The notes under the pieces were generated by a model. It made no database searches. It saw only the letters and a list, made by a program, of their open reading frames with translations, and was not told the DNA's origin. Positions 50,789 to 61,345 of a stretch of DNA of 64,000 bases are shown piece by piece (the stretch's first letter is position 1; every line of letters begins with the position of its first letter). The stretch covers positions 792,339 through 856,338 of the forward strand of contig CAXXTF010000001.1 of assembly GCA_963665775.2 (NCBI GenBank), given 5' to 3'. Origin of the DNA: Dehalococcoidia bacterium (GTDB lineage Bacteria; Chloroflexota; Dehalococcoidia; SM23-28-2; RBG-16-64-32). Position numbers and translations under genes: made by a program.

Positions 50789-50995
50789 CTACTACGATCC
50801 GGCGACCGGGCGGTTCCTGGGCCAGGACCCAATACCGGCCCAGAACCTGTACGCGTACGTGGCCAACAACCCCACCAATTGGCTCGATCCTTCGGGCCTT
50901 CTGATTTGGATAGGTGGAGAGCCGGGTCGCCCGGTGCACATAGTTCCGCTGCCCGGCAAGGAGGGGGGGTTCCGCATCTCGCCACAACCGCGGTC
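50787..50995 (+). pseudogene. Rhs repeat-associated core fragment with start of a C-terminal tip
   Basis: [15 protein letters not shown]...[19 protein letters not shown]. Confidence 0.9.
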
Positions 50996-51075
50996 GAAGC
51001 CAGCCAGCATGTGCCGTGGTGCCCGGGCATATACTGCGACATGTCGAGAATCTTCACTCCGTCCAGTGTCAGCAC
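50990..51075 (-). pseudogene. CaiB/BaiF N-terminal fragment
   Basis: AAGGAGG RBS + [18 protein letters not shown]. Confidence 0.7.
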
Positions 51076-51374
51076 AGGGCCTCCTTCAACAAGGAATACT
51101 CTACCCTACAGGGCGAACTCATTTGCGCTCGTCCCACGCTAGCACTCCCTGGTCTGTCCCCACCTGTCCCAGTAGGAGACCTGCTTGATGGGACGGCGGT
51201 CGGTGGGGCCAAAGCGGCCCTCCGAGTGCGAGGCCGTAGACTGGCTGACCAAGCCGACGTCGAACTGGGAACTCGTCCGCCGGTGCCAACGATTGCAGGG
51301 GTAACTTCTTCCGGCGCGATCCGGACGCCACAGGCGCCGGCTCCACGCCCCTTTGTAATGCGGGAGCGCGTACG

Positions 51375-51620
51375 TTACGCATCAGGGCCGAGTGGCAAGA
51401 GCGGGTTGCGAGGATCACGTTCCCGAAGCAACTCCAGGCACCGCGGGCACATTGGCATCCTAGATGCCTGGATAAGCCACGTTACTCGATGGCCGCACAA
51501 CGCTTGCCTGCTTCCATCCGGCAACGGCCTTGCCTCCTTATCGATCACATGGGCCAGCTTGTCCGGGTTCGTCGTGCCCACGTCACCCGTGCGAGATTCC
51601 GTCAATATTTCTGCGGACAA
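51375..51620 (-). CDS. DUF3039-like small Zn-binding protein
   Basis: AHVIDK...ALCG...PMCPRC. Confidence 0.6.
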   Translation of the reverse strand: MSAEILTESRTGDVGTTNPDKLAHVIDKEARPLPDGSRQALCGHRVTWLIQASRMPMCPRCLELLRERDPRNPLLPLGPDA

Positions 51621-51685
51621 TTTGGTCCCTCCGAAATCGTCACGTTGGAGCTTGACCTGCTCGTTGTGGTGAGGTGGCGGAAGGG

Positions 51686-51901
51686 CTAGGCCGACCTTGC
51701 CTGTCGGGTTTTCAATGATTCCAGTAGCCGTATCGACGTCGCGGCTATCTCTTCGACTGCCCTATTGAAGGCCTGCTCGTTGACCCGCGAAGGCACCTGA
51801 TAGCCGCTCACCTTCCTTACGAACTGAAGCGCGGCGGCGTGAGTTTCCTCGTCAGTCGTCCGGCCGTCATTCCGCCGGAGCGTCTTGATGCTGCGACACA
51901 C
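51686..51901 (-). CDS. DUF2277-like small protein
   Basis: GAGGAGG RBS; MCRSIKTL...AAALQFVRKVSG...NEQAFNRAV. Confidence 0.85.
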   Translation of the reverse strand: MCRSIKTLRRNDGRTTDEETHAAALQFVRKVSGYQVPSRVNEQAFNRAVEEIAATSIRLLESLKTRQARSA

Positions 51902-51983
51902 CTTGTTCCTCCTCGATTCTGAATCGTGACCTAATCGGCTTTGGCTGTTCTCGGCATCCCATTGTTCGGAGATGACCATTCTA

Positions 51984-52320
51984 TCACCAGCCAGCGCGCT
52001 GCCATCTCGATAGGAAGACCTGACGTCTCTCCGATAACGACACCTGCTCGGCAATAGGCGGGCGGATGCGCAAGTACCGGCGCAGCTCTTCGAACGCGGA
52101 GCAGAAGCGCTTCGCCGACTCTAGACGCCCGAACCCCAGCACGGGGTAATAGCGCTGTTTGATGGCCCGATGGTCCTGCTCGATACGGTTGTTTTGGTAC
52201 GGGCTCTGCCGGTGCAGGACCTTCCGTCCCAGTATCCAGCGGATCGCATTTCCGTAGGCCGGATGCTGGTCAGTGGTAAGGCGCAACGGCCTGTGCATCG
52301 CGATGTCGGCCAGCCGCCTA
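51984..52320 (-). pseudogene. IS6 transposase 3' fragment
   Basis: PLRLTTDQHPAYG...NNRIEQDHRAIKQRYYP, close to 14086-14907. Confidence 0.9.
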
Positions 52321-52601
52321 AGAAAGTGGCAGTCCCTGCTCGATTCTCAGTGGAGCCCACTAGCGCTTCCACACCCTTAGGTCGAAGACAGGCTCGTCAA
52401 ACGGGCCCCCACTGAAACGGCTTGCCAGCTGCGTGATCATGGCCCTAAACTCGCCCTACGTCATATCCAACTTCATGTCATCGAGAACCGGGGGCCAGAC
52501 TATCGCTTAGCCAACCACAGCCGACTGCAGGCCGTTTCCTCTCTCAGCAGCACCTCCTAGGGTGTCCACCTGACGCGAGCGACTAGGGTACAATCAGCGG
52601 C

Positions 52602-53400
52602 ATGGAGAATGACCCGCCTCCCGCCGAGGTAGTGACCAACGACGGCATCACCTACCGAATCCGGCGTCTGACCGAGGTCTCACAGATTCTTCCACGGTTG
52701 GAGAAGGACCGGGTCTTTAGCGCCTACGCCATCTGTCAGCTGGAGCCTGAGCGCTTCCCGCACACGCGCTGGTACGTGGCCGAGGGCGACACCGGTGAGG
52801 CGCTCGTGATGAGCGGCACCGGCAGCATGAGGAGCAGTCTATACGGGTTCGGGGCCGACCTCTTTTGCATGGGCGACCCTGGCGCCCTGGATGTAATACT
52901 TTCCCTTCACCCCGGACCTTGGTACGTGTCCCGCTTGTGGGCTCAGGTCGAGCACGGCCCGGTTCTCAAGTGGCATTTCCGCCTGGTAGAAGACGCCGCC
53001 AAATTGCTTCTACGGGACGACCGTGTTGACAACGGACCAGTTGAGCAGCCCGTAAGGCGACTTACAGGCGCGGACATCGGGGAGATCAACCGCCTGTACC
53101 GTGCGTGTGGCGGGTCGCTTGGGCTGTATCGGCGTAAGCTGATCGACCGCGGCCTCTGGTATGGACTCTTCGAGGACGGACAACTTGGTTACCACTGCCT
53201 CGTTCGAGGCGATATCCCCAACCTATGGCGTGACGCTCTCTGGCCGATCCCTGACGCACCCGAAGTACCGGGGTCGGCACTACTTGGACCTCGTAACCAC
53301 TGCTCGCCTACGAGACGCCTCAAAGACCTACACTCTGAGGGTGGGCACACGTGATCCTGAAAATAAGGCGATGATTGCGGTGCGCGCACACCCCGGCCCT
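52602..53400 (+). pseudogene. GNAT-like acetyltransferase, frameshift near 53190
   Basis: VRRLTGADIGEINRLY...YGLFEDGQL, continued in another frame as VTTA...LTHPKYRGRHY. Confidence 0.7.
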
Positions 53401-54167
53401 CATCAACCGATGTTGGACATGTCCTGGAGTCGAGAGCCTACCGCCGCGACCCGGTGGGCCTGGCCAGCCTCGTCCGGCGAGTGCTGGCACGTCGCAGGGC
53501 CAAGAGAGGCGCTTGACTGGAAGCCCTTACTTTACATAAGGACTATAGTGCATTGGGAAATGCAGTCGATGCGAATGCGCCGTTAACGAGGCTGTACCAC
53601 TCGGTGTAGAGCCCGTTAATGGAACCCGGCCTCTCACGCCATCAGTCAGGCCGCTGACACGAGAGGTTGGCGCTTCTCTCTTCCGTTTCCTGGCTGCCCT
53701 GGCGCCTGCCGGCCGAGGCCGCGATGTCTCGACGGGAACCCACGACGGGGGTGCTGCACATATACCACATGGGTTGCCGTAAATATTCTGAGAGAACTAA
53801 AAAGGGCTCTCTGTGGCTTATAGAATGTGATAACGGAGTTGGACCCGATGTGGAGTCAGGGGTAGGATACAGGCCACTGGGGCATAGCCAGTCAGGGGTC
53901 ACGAGGTTGATTTGGGGAATCCCGACTTATGCGACGATAGCGGGCACAAGAGCCCCTCCAAAGTTGCGGGGTCACGCAGCATGACGTTGCGCCTCCTGCG
54001 GAACTCCGTGCCAGGATGGCCGATTGAAGCAGGGGCAAAGCTCCTGGGCCACGCACCCCCTACAGTATGCCGAGCACGGCAGCGGCCCCTCTAGTCCAGG
54101 GATGAGTGACCAGCAGGCTCGGCAGTGCACCTCAAGGGGAATCGTATCTGTTACGCGGACATCCTCG

Positions 54168-54362
54168 CTATTGGGGGGCTGTAGGCGGGGCATCTTCTCC
54201 GTTTGTCCGGGTTTCTCGCTGCCCCTGGCGCCGCTGAGGGGCCTTCTGGGACGAGCCCCTGGTATGTTTCTTTCGGCAGGCATCGGAGTAGTAGCGACGG
54301 GTCCTGCGCTGTCCCTTGAGGGGGCGGCCACAGCCGCAGGCGCACTTACGAGAGGGCATGAG
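54168..54362 (-). CDS. Small Cys-rich mobile-element protein
   Basis: GGAGG RBS; CACGCG...YYSDACRKK. Confidence 0.55.
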   Translation of the reverse strand, partial: LMPSRKCACGCGRPLKGQRRTRRYYSDACRKKHTRGSSQKAPQRRQGQRETRTNGEDAPPTAPQ

Positions 54363-54558
54363 CCACCCCTCCTCCGTAGGGCAACCGGCCCGCAACTTCT
54401 ACCCTAGCTTGTCTGGTGCCACCTGTTGTTGCCATTTTGTTGCCCAATGTGGCAGCATGCAGCGGGACGGAGCGGGACGAAACGGGATGAAGGCCACTGC
54501 TTTCAGGTACGAAACAGGACGGAGAGTGACGTGACGGGACGCGACGGGACGAGTGTCG

Positions 54559-54608
54559 GCGGTCTCCCAAACCGCAGGTCGCGGGTTCAAGTCCTGCCGC
54601 CCCTGCCA
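54559..54608 (+). tRNA. tRNA-Trp-like 3' portion (att core); loop reads CTCCCAA
   Basis: GCGGT-CTCCCAA-ACCGC, GGTTCAAGTCC T-arm, GCCCCTG-CCA end typical of tRNA-Trp; 5' half absent. Confidence 0.8.
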
Positions 54609-54676
54609 GATTTCGTATCTAAATCTTAGACCCACCTGGTGCTTTGACAGCAACCGTGACAGCAACCCGGAGAAAA

Positions 54677-55798
54677 CTAACTCCTGAGGATGGCGTCCAT
54701 CGCCAGAGCCGCCTGCCTATGCATCGCTGGCGTGGTGTGGCTGTAGAGGTCCAGGGTGACGGCAATGGTCGCGTGTCCCAGCATGTCTGACACGATCTTG
54801 GGGTGCATACCTTGACCCAGTAGCAGGGTAGCGGCCGTGTGCCTGAGGTCATGGAAACGGACTCGGGGCAGTCCAGCCCTCGCCAAGAGTTCTCTGAATG
54901 AGCGGTCGAGAAGGTTGGTTGCCTCGATTGGACGGCCCACCTGATTGGCGAACACCAGGTCGTTATCCTCCCAGGCAGTGCCCAGCCATAGTCGCTCAGC
55001 GGATTGTCGTGCCCGATGTTCTCGCAACGAGGCAATGGCGGCATCAGTTAGTGCGACCTGACGTCGGGAGCGTGCTGTCTTGGGCTCAGCGAAGGTGAAG
55101 CCGTCGCGGGTTTTCTGCAGCGTTGCCTTCACCTGTACGGTGCCGCCGCCCAGGTCCACATCCGGCCAGCGCAACGCTAGGAGTTCTCCCTGCCTCATGC
55201 CCGTAGTTACAGCCAGAACATAGAGTGCTTCTAACCTGTCTCCACGAGCGGCATCCAGGAGCTTCCGGACTTGTTCGGAGGATAATGTAGACATCTCTCG
55301 GTGCTGGACCCTAGGCGGAGTCGCCAGACTGGCCACATTTCTGGTCGTCAGGCCCCAGCGCGTGGCCTGAGCAAGCGCGCCGTGCAGGACGGTATGTAGG
55401 TGCGCCACGCTAGTAGGCGACAGGCCAGCCTCCAGCCTGTTGGCGTAGAGGCGCTGTAAGTGCTGCGGGGTGAGCTTGGTCAATGCGACGCGACCGATCC
55501 CCGATATTGCATGCAGTCGGACGTATTGCTCATACCTGATCCAGGTCCTGGGCCTGACTGCGGCCTTGGTGGTTTCCAGCCAGCTCTGCAAGAACTGACC
55601 CACGGTCTGGCGCTCACCGAGCACGGGCAGACCGTCCTGGCGGGCCTTCAGAGCCGCGTTCAGCTTCCGAGACACCTCCTGGCGGGTCGCGCCGTACAGG
55701 TGCTGGCGACGACCGTTATCGACGCTGACGCTGCCTACCCAGCGGCCATCGGAGCGCTTGTAGATGGAGCCCTCGCCGTTCGCTCTACGCTTCATCAT
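54677..55798 (-). CDS. Tyrosine integrase
   Basis: RRANGEGSIY arm-binding domain, TGMRQGELLAL, PKT, FHDLRHT, LGH...YSH. Confidence 0.96.
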   Translation of the reverse strand: MMKRRANGEGSIYKRSDGRWVGSVSVDNGRRQHLYGATRQEVSRKLNAALKARQDGLPVLGERQTVGQFLQSWLETTKAAVRPRTWIRYEQYVRLHAISGIGRVALTKLTPQHLQRLYANRLEAGLSPTSVAHLHTVLHGALAQATRWGLTTRNVASLATPPRVQHREMSTLSSEQVRKLLDAARGDRLEALYVLAVTTGMRQGELLALRWPDVDLGGGTVQVKATLQKTRDGFTFAEPKTARSRRQVALTDAAIASLREHRARQSAERLWLGTAWEDNDLVFANQVGRPIEATNLLDRSFRELLARAGLPRVRFHDLRHTAATLLLGQGMHPKIVSDMLGHATIAVTLDLYSHTTPAMHRQAALAMDAILRS

Positions 55799-56861
55799 CG
55801 CTTCCCTCCGGCGGATCAACGGAAGGTATCCACATGGGATACGGGTGCAGTAGGCGCCGCAGAGCATTCTTGCAGTCTCGATCAAAGTTGGTGTCCGCCC
55901 TGTACTTCCACTGAGGAAAGGCCTTGTTCCAGGCAGCCATTCGGTCGCGGATTCGATCTCCCGTTGGCCTCGTAGACACGAACATGGCGAGCCTGGTGTG
56001 CTTTTCCGTGATTTCTCGGTGCCTGCCAGATACATACTGCCGACGCATCCCTCGGTAGAATTTAGCAACGTCTGCCGGCGACATCGCTGGATCGATGGTG
56101 AGCTGGATGCGAGCGAGAGCCGAAATCGCGCTGTTTTCTCTGCTGTTGCCTTCGATCGTTTTGATCAGAGGAGTGTGACCGGTTAGCACGAAGTTGGTGG
56201 CCTGGGGAGCTTCCCAGCCGTATCCGGCAGCGAGTTTCCTAGAGAGCTGGCCGAGGCGATGGAGTGTTCCTCCCACCTTAATTCTTACTGAGCGGAAGGG
56301 GTCGTAATCTTCTTCATCCAAATACTCTAGCAAGAGGTATCCCTGAGGCACCGCTGGGCTCTGCTTCGAGATGGTGAGCGGTGGACTCGTATAGACTTGA
56401 TACTTATCAAACTGGACGTCATGTCCATCTGGCACCAGAACGCTCAACCAGATACTGGCAAGCCCTTCCTCATCTTTCATCCTCGAAACCCAGCTTGGGA
56501 CATCCTTCGGACTAAGTAGGGTATCGCTTAGCACGTCGTCGCGGAACTGGATTACTTCTGGATGCTGACTTGCCCTCGCGGCAAGAAGTGACGAGATTAC
56601 CTCCCGCCTCTCCGGTAGTCCCGTGGTTACGGATGACTGCTTCTTGGCAGAGATCATTTCAACGCGTTTGCGAGGCATAGGCACCGAGAATCCAAAGGCA
56701 GATAAGAGCTCTCTGGTTTCCTTAGCCAGGTCGCGAATCGTCCACTCGCCTTCGATGACCTCAGACAGAAAATCCTTATCCAGTAGGTAGTTCCACGCCC
56801 GGTCCGGCAGTGGCGAGCCCAGCTCGTTTTCCAGGTCCCGGCGTAGGTCGTCAATTATCAT
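55785..56861 (-). CDS. Hypothetical protein in the repressor position, coupled to int
   Basis: 358-aa ORF overlapping the int start, divergent from xis. Confidence 0.7.
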   Translation of the reverse strand: MIIDDLRRDLENELGSPLPDRAWNYLLDKDFLSEVIEGEWTIRDLAKETRELLSAFGFSVPMPRKRVEMISAKKQSSVTTGLPERREVISSLLAARASQHPEVIQFRDDVLSDTLLSPKDVPSWVSRMKDEEGLASIWLSVLVPDGHDVQFDKYQVYTSPPLTISKQSPAVPQGYLLLEYLDEEDYDPFRSVRIKVGGTLHRLGQLSRKLAAGYGWEAPQATNFVLTGHTPLIKTIEGNSRENSAISALARIQLTIDPAMSPADVAKFYRGMRRQYVSGRHREITEKHTRLAMFVSTRPTGDRIRDRMAAWNKAFPQWKYRADTNFDRDCKNALRRLLHPYPMWIPSVDPPEGSDDEA

Positions 56862-56963
56862 TGAAATGATTCAGTATAACCTGTTTGATACAATATAAGT
56901 GTAATCGATCATATCCAATATACCGCATTGCTGGTGTGTTGGCAAGACCGGAGGAGGACTTCA

Positions 56964-57161
56964 ATGGAAAAAGCACTCTTGACTGTTGCCGAGGTGAGTG
57001 CTCGCCTCGGTCTGAGTAGGTCGCTCGTTTACCGGTACATCATGAGCGGGCAGATCCTGTCAATAAAGTGTGGACGTGCGCGTAGGGTTCCCGTGGCTGC
57101 GGTAGACGAGTTCGTGCGTCGTCTCCAAGAGGAGCAGGCGGACATCGAGCTTCCACGATGA
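56964..57161 (+). CDS. Excisionase-type HTH protein
   Basis: LLTVAEVSARLGLSRSLVYRYIMSGQILSIKCGRARRVP. Confidence 0.92.
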   Translation: MEKALLTVAEVSARLGLSRSLVYRYIMSGQILSIKCGRARRVPVAAVDEFVRRLQEEQADIELPR

Positions 57162-58597
57162 TCGGGGATAGTGACGACCCAGTCGGGGGTGACCCACCGG
57201 TTTCTTCGGTTAATTCGGTTAATTCGCCGGTTGTGTTCCCCCGGGGGGGTGCGGCCCCGATACCCGTACCGGCCTTTCCCCTGGACGTGTTGCCAGGTCC
57301 GATGCGCAAGCTGACGGAAGAGGGGGCTGCCACGTTGGGCGTGCCGCCGGACCTTATAGCGGTGCCTCAACTTACGTTCGCCGGGGCAACTATTGGTAAC
57401 ACCTGCCGAATCCAGCTGAAGCCTGGCTTTGAGCAGTACCCCACTCTATATGCTGGGACGATAGCCCCACCGGGGGCCACCAAGTCTCCGGCGCTCGACC
57501 TCGCCCGTTATCCGCTCGATGTACTCCAAAAGGAGGCCTTCAACAAGCAGGGGAAAAGCGCTCCGCCTAGCATCGATCCACCCACAGGTCACTCAAAGAG
57601 TAAGGAGCACTACTTCTCCACCGACGCCACCACTGAAGCGATAGCCGAGATGCTCACCTACTCGGCTGGACTTGTCCTGATCCGAGATGAACTTGTCGGC
57701 TGGGTCAAGTTGTTCGATGCCTACCGCGCCGGTCGAGGCGGAGACAGGCAGAACTGGCTGTCACTTTGGTCAGCAGCGTCTTTGAAGGTGGATAGGAAGA
57801 CCGCTGACCCGATCTACGTGCCCAATCCAGTGGTCTGCGTCTGCGGTGGTATTCAGCCGGATGTGCTGCCGCAGTTAGCCCAGGAGGCTGGGCGGAGAGA
57901 TGGGTTTATCGAGCGTATCCTGTGGGCATATCCAGAGACGAAAACGTCCTTGTGGACGGAGAGCACCGTACCTCAGGGGACTAAAGACGCGGCAGTAGAG
58001 CTCTTTCGTAAGCTCCGTCAGGATAACCAGCAGACGGTGACACTGAGCGCCCCAGCTACCGCCCTCTGGGTTCCCTGGTACAACAGCAACGCCAAGCTGG
58101 TCGAGGGCGCCGTCGGCCTCATCGCTGGCGTGTACGAAAAGCTGCCCAACCAAGCGGCACGGATCGCTCTCATTCTCCACTGTCTAAGCCACCCTAACTC
58201 GCCATCAGGGATGCCGGTGGACGCTACTACGATGTCTGCAGCCCTTGAACTGGCGGAGTACTTTCGCGGCCATGCCATCAAGACCATGCCCCACTTTGGC
58301 ATCGCAGCGATCGCCCCGAGCGGCGGCCTTGCAGTCCGGGCCATAGCAGTGTTGCGGAAGGCCGCACCGACCTGGGTAGACCGAACCCAGCTTCATATCC
58401 AGCTCGGCGGGCATGCTACTGCCGCAGACTTGGACCAGGCGGTCTCCGATCTAAAGAGCTTGGGGTTGGCGGAGGATCGCACGGTGTCGGCGGGACCGGC
58501 CGGTGGGCGCCCGTCGGAACAATGGCGGGCAAAACCCATAGGCGAAGAAACCGAAGATACCGAAGAAACCACAAAACCCCAGGCGCAGGTGCCGTGA
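57158..58597 (+). CDS. DUF3987/YfjI-like P-loop replication protein
   Basis: FPLDVLP, APPGATKSPAL (Walker A-like), DATTEA, RDELVGW, GGIQP, DGFIER. Confidence 0.88.
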   Translation: MIGDSDDPVGGDPPVSSVNSVNSPVVFPRGGAAPIPVPAFPLDVLPGPMRKLTEEGAATLGVPPDLIAVPQLTFAGATIGNTCRIQLKPGFEQYPTLYAGTIAPPGATKSPALDLARYPLDVLQKEAFNKQGKSAPPSIDPPTGHSKSKEHYFSTDATTEAIAEMLTYSAGLVLIRDELVGWVKLFDAYRAGRGGDRQNWLSLWSAASLKVDRKTADPIYVPNPVVCVCGGIQPDVLPQLAQEAGRRDGFIERILWAYPETKTSLWTESTVPQGTKDAAVELFRKLRQDNQQTVTLSAPATALWVPWYNSNAKLVEGAVGLIAGVYEKLPNQAARIALILHCLSHPNSPSGMPVDATTMSAALELAEYFRGHAIKTMPHFGIAAIAPSGGLAVRAIAVLRKAAPTWVDRTQLHIQLGGHATAADLDQAVSDLKSLGLAEDRTVSAGPAGGRPSEQWRAKPIGEETEDTEETTKPQAQVP

Positions 58598-58816
58598 TGT
58601 TGGATCAGCTAGGGGTGATTTCTATATCCACCAGTTGGATGAAATGTGTTAACGGCTCAAGGGTGTGCACAGTACCGTCCCGGCGCGAACGTTGGTACCC
58701 AGTCATGGTCGGTCCGGGCCTGGTATGGCGCCCGCGGGCGTCCACATTATCAACGCAATGCGGAGGGCCTCCCATCCATGTGCGGTAGGATTGTACAACA
58801 ACAGTCGGAGGGAGAG

Positions 58817-58966
58817 GTGAACGAGGGAATGTATGGGTACAAGATCATAAACGCCGTGACTCACCACGGGCTGGAGAAGGAGTTGAACAAGCAGGCGGCA
58901 CAGGGCTGGCGGGTTGTGGCGGGTTGCCATCTCAACACGCTCGTCCTTGAGCGGGCGAAGTCGTAA
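58817..58966 (+). CDS. DUF4177-like small protein
   Basis: YKII...LEKELNKQAAQGWRVV...LVLER. Confidence 0.65.
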   Translation: MNEGMYGYKIINAVTHHGLEKELNKQAAQGWRVVAGCHLNTLVLERAKS

Positions 58967-58999
58967 GCAAAGGACAATCGATTGCATCAAGTAGATAAT

Positions 59000-59504
59000 T
59001 ACCTAGAGGTGGTCCAAGAGGCCGTGGACAGGACCGGCATGGACCAGATCCCGATAACAGACCGGACCAGGCTGCTGAGCGACAACGGCCCCGGCTATGT
59101 ATCCAGAGCCTTCAGAGACTACCTGGGTATGGTGGGCATCAAGCACATCCTGGCAACGCCCTTCCATCCTCAGACCAACGGCAAGCTGGAGCGCTACCAC
59201 CAGACCCTCAAGCGTGATGTGAACCAACTGCCGTATGAGATGCCTTCAGACTTGGAGGCGGCCATCGTGGCCTTCGTCAGCTACTACAACTACCGACGCT
59301 ATCACAAGGCCCTCGGCAACGTGACGCCCTCGGATGTCCTCAAGGGAAGGCGGCAGGAGATCCTACTAAGAAGAAAGGAGGTGCAGGCCCAAACAATCGA
59401 ACGGCGAAGACAGCACAATAGGGCCATCAGGGAGCTTACGAGACCTCTATCCGACCCCTGATCTCTCGGGTCTCAAAGTGTCCCAATTTTGCTGGTTGCC
59501 AACA
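59000..59504 (+). mobile_element. IS3/IS481-type transposase 3' fragment with right end
   Basis: LSDNGPGY, HPQTNGKLERYHQTLK, YYNYRRYHKAL; ends ...TTGCCAACA. Confidence 0.85.
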
Positions 59505-59569
59505 CACCACGGGATACCTCAATTCCCGTGGCCTTGCCCAACCTCTACTCTAGTTCGTCCGCTTGAGCC

Positions 59570-59803
59570 CTACGTTCCTCTGGGAATTACCGTCGGAGCC
59601 GGTTCCTCTGGTGTGATAGATGTACTAATGCCAGGCAGCATCACGAAAGCGGTTGTCGCCAACAATACTCCCGTTGCAATCGCTACGATGCCGAGCACGT
59701 GAGGCACTCCCCCGTATTTTCTTCTGACCACCCAAATTCCGGCGACTAGCAATACTGCGGAAGGGGGCATCATTATGAGAAGCCAACTTATTAATGCTAG
59801 CAT
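59570..59803 (-). CDS. Small two-TM membrane protein
   Basis: GGAGG RBS; two hydrophobic segments. Confidence 0.55.
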   Translation of the reverse strand: MLALISWLLIMMPPSAVLLVAGIWVVRRKYGGVPHVLGIVAIATGVLLATTAFVMLPGISTSITPEEPAPTVIPRGT

Positions 59804-59821
59804 GGGTTACTGTCCTCCCCA

Positions 59822-61116
59822 AGAGGTGGTCTCGTTTGTCTGAACAGCGCTGCCCGGTTTGATAAGTGGAATCGCGCTGCCGTGCGTTAGGCCGCCTCGG
59901 ACTCGGCAGGCACTCTGTCAAAGAACTGGTCCGGCGTCATTCCCCCAAGGCTCGAATGGGGCCGTCCGGCATTGTAAAACTCGAAGTACCGCCCGAGTCC
60001 AGTTCTGGCTTCCGGGACCGATTCGTAGGCTCTCAGGTACACCTCCTTGTACTTGACGCTCTTCCACAGCCGTTCGACGAACACATTATCCTTCCAGCCT
60101 CCCCTCCCGTCCATGCTGATCTGGATCCCATTGGCTTTCAGCAGGCCGGTGAAGGCGTCACTTGTGAACTGGCTTCCCTGATCTGTGTTGAATATCTCCG
60201 GCGCGCCGTGGCGTCCCAGGGATTCTTCGAGCGCCTCCACGCAGAAGCCTGTGTCTATTGTGACCGATACCCGCCAGGCCAGCACCTTGCGGCTATGCCA
60301 GTCCATCACTGCGGCTAGGTACACGAACCCCCTGGCCATCGGAATGTACGTGATGTCCATTGCCCACACCTGGTTGGGCCTGCTCACCTCAAGTCCGCGC
60401 AGCAGGTACGGATACACAGTATGGCCGGGGCGTCGCCGGCTGGTGTTGGGCTTGCGGTACAGCGCGGTACAGCGCCTCGATGCCCATCCGCCGCATCAGT
60501 GTGGCGATGTGTCTACGCCCGGAGGAGAGTCCCTCCTGGCGGAGCAGGCCTCGCATCATCCTACTGCCTGCAAACGGATACTCAAGGTGCAGCTCATCGA
60601 TGCGGCGCATCAGTCCGAGACCGGCTTCGCCCACCGGCCGCGGCCGGTAGTAGATGCTCCCGCGGCTGATGCCCACTGCCTTTGCCTGGCGGGCGAGAGG
60701 CAGCTTGTGATCGCGGTCGATCATCGCCTTGCGCCCGGCAATCCCGCCTTCGTGAGCGCGGCCTCTAAAAAATCGTTCTCCAACGCAAGCTCACCGATCT
60801 TAGCGTGAAGGACCTTCATATCTACCGGCTTTTCAGCCTGCCCTGTCCCGGCGCCAAATAACTGCGCCGCCCGATCCAGCAACTGGGTCTTCCATTGCGT
60901 GATCTGGTTCGGGTGCACATCGAACTGGCTTGCCAGCTCCGAAAGTGTCCGGTCGCCGCGCACTGCGGCAAGAGCCACCTTCGCCTTGAACTCTGCCGAG
61001 TGGTTACGGCGGGGTCGTCTGCTCATCTCTCGCTCCTGTCTCCGAGAGCACTATCATGCCCTCAATCAGGCAGCGATCCCACTTATTCCCCTGTTCAGAT
61101 TTCCGGAGCCACTTCT
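59822..61116 (-). mobile_element. IS3-family IS; orfA 60721-61026 intact, orfB 59887-60724 frameshifted by a 10-bp duplication
   Basis: IRs AGAGGTGG...TCTGAACAG and CTGTTCAGA...CCACTTCT; WAMDITYI, NTDQGSQF, ERLWKSVKY; GCGGTACAGC x2 at 60454-60473. Confidence 0.92.
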
Positions 61117-61139
61117 CTATTGTGTCGCGGAAGTGTGAA

Positions 61140-61345
61140 ACCCTGGCCTTTGACAGCAAGCGCCGGCACCTGGCCTATCTGATGATCCCCGCCGATCTCC
61201 CGGGAATCACCCTGGTGCCGATGAACCTGCTTAGCGGCTTCAAGGGCGGCCTGTTCTTCGACAACCTGCCGGTGCCGGTCTCCTGCCGGATCGGCCCGGA
61301 GAACGAGGCCTGGACGACGGTGGCCACGAGCAATACGGAGCGGGA
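61140..61345 (+). pseudogene. Acyl-CoA dehydrogenase internal fragment
   Basis: PADLPGITLVPM...FFDNLPVP...IGPENEAW...ER. Confidence 0.7.

Larger units (their letters stand above)
54559..58966. mobile_element. Small tyrosine-integrase element (att-int-orf-xis-DUF3987-DUF4177); right boundary undefined
   Basis: Gene set plus arm-type repeats TGACAGCAACC x2 (54645-54667). Confidence 0.8.

Noticed and set aside
54559-54608. Functional tRNA-Gly(CCC) or recoding tRNA
   Set aside because: No D-arm or 5' acceptor strand, so it cannot fold as a tRNA
55799-56068. N-terminal extension of the integrase in the ORF track
   Set aside because: It overlaps the upstream gene; the typical start MMKRRANGEGS with an RBS is at 55798
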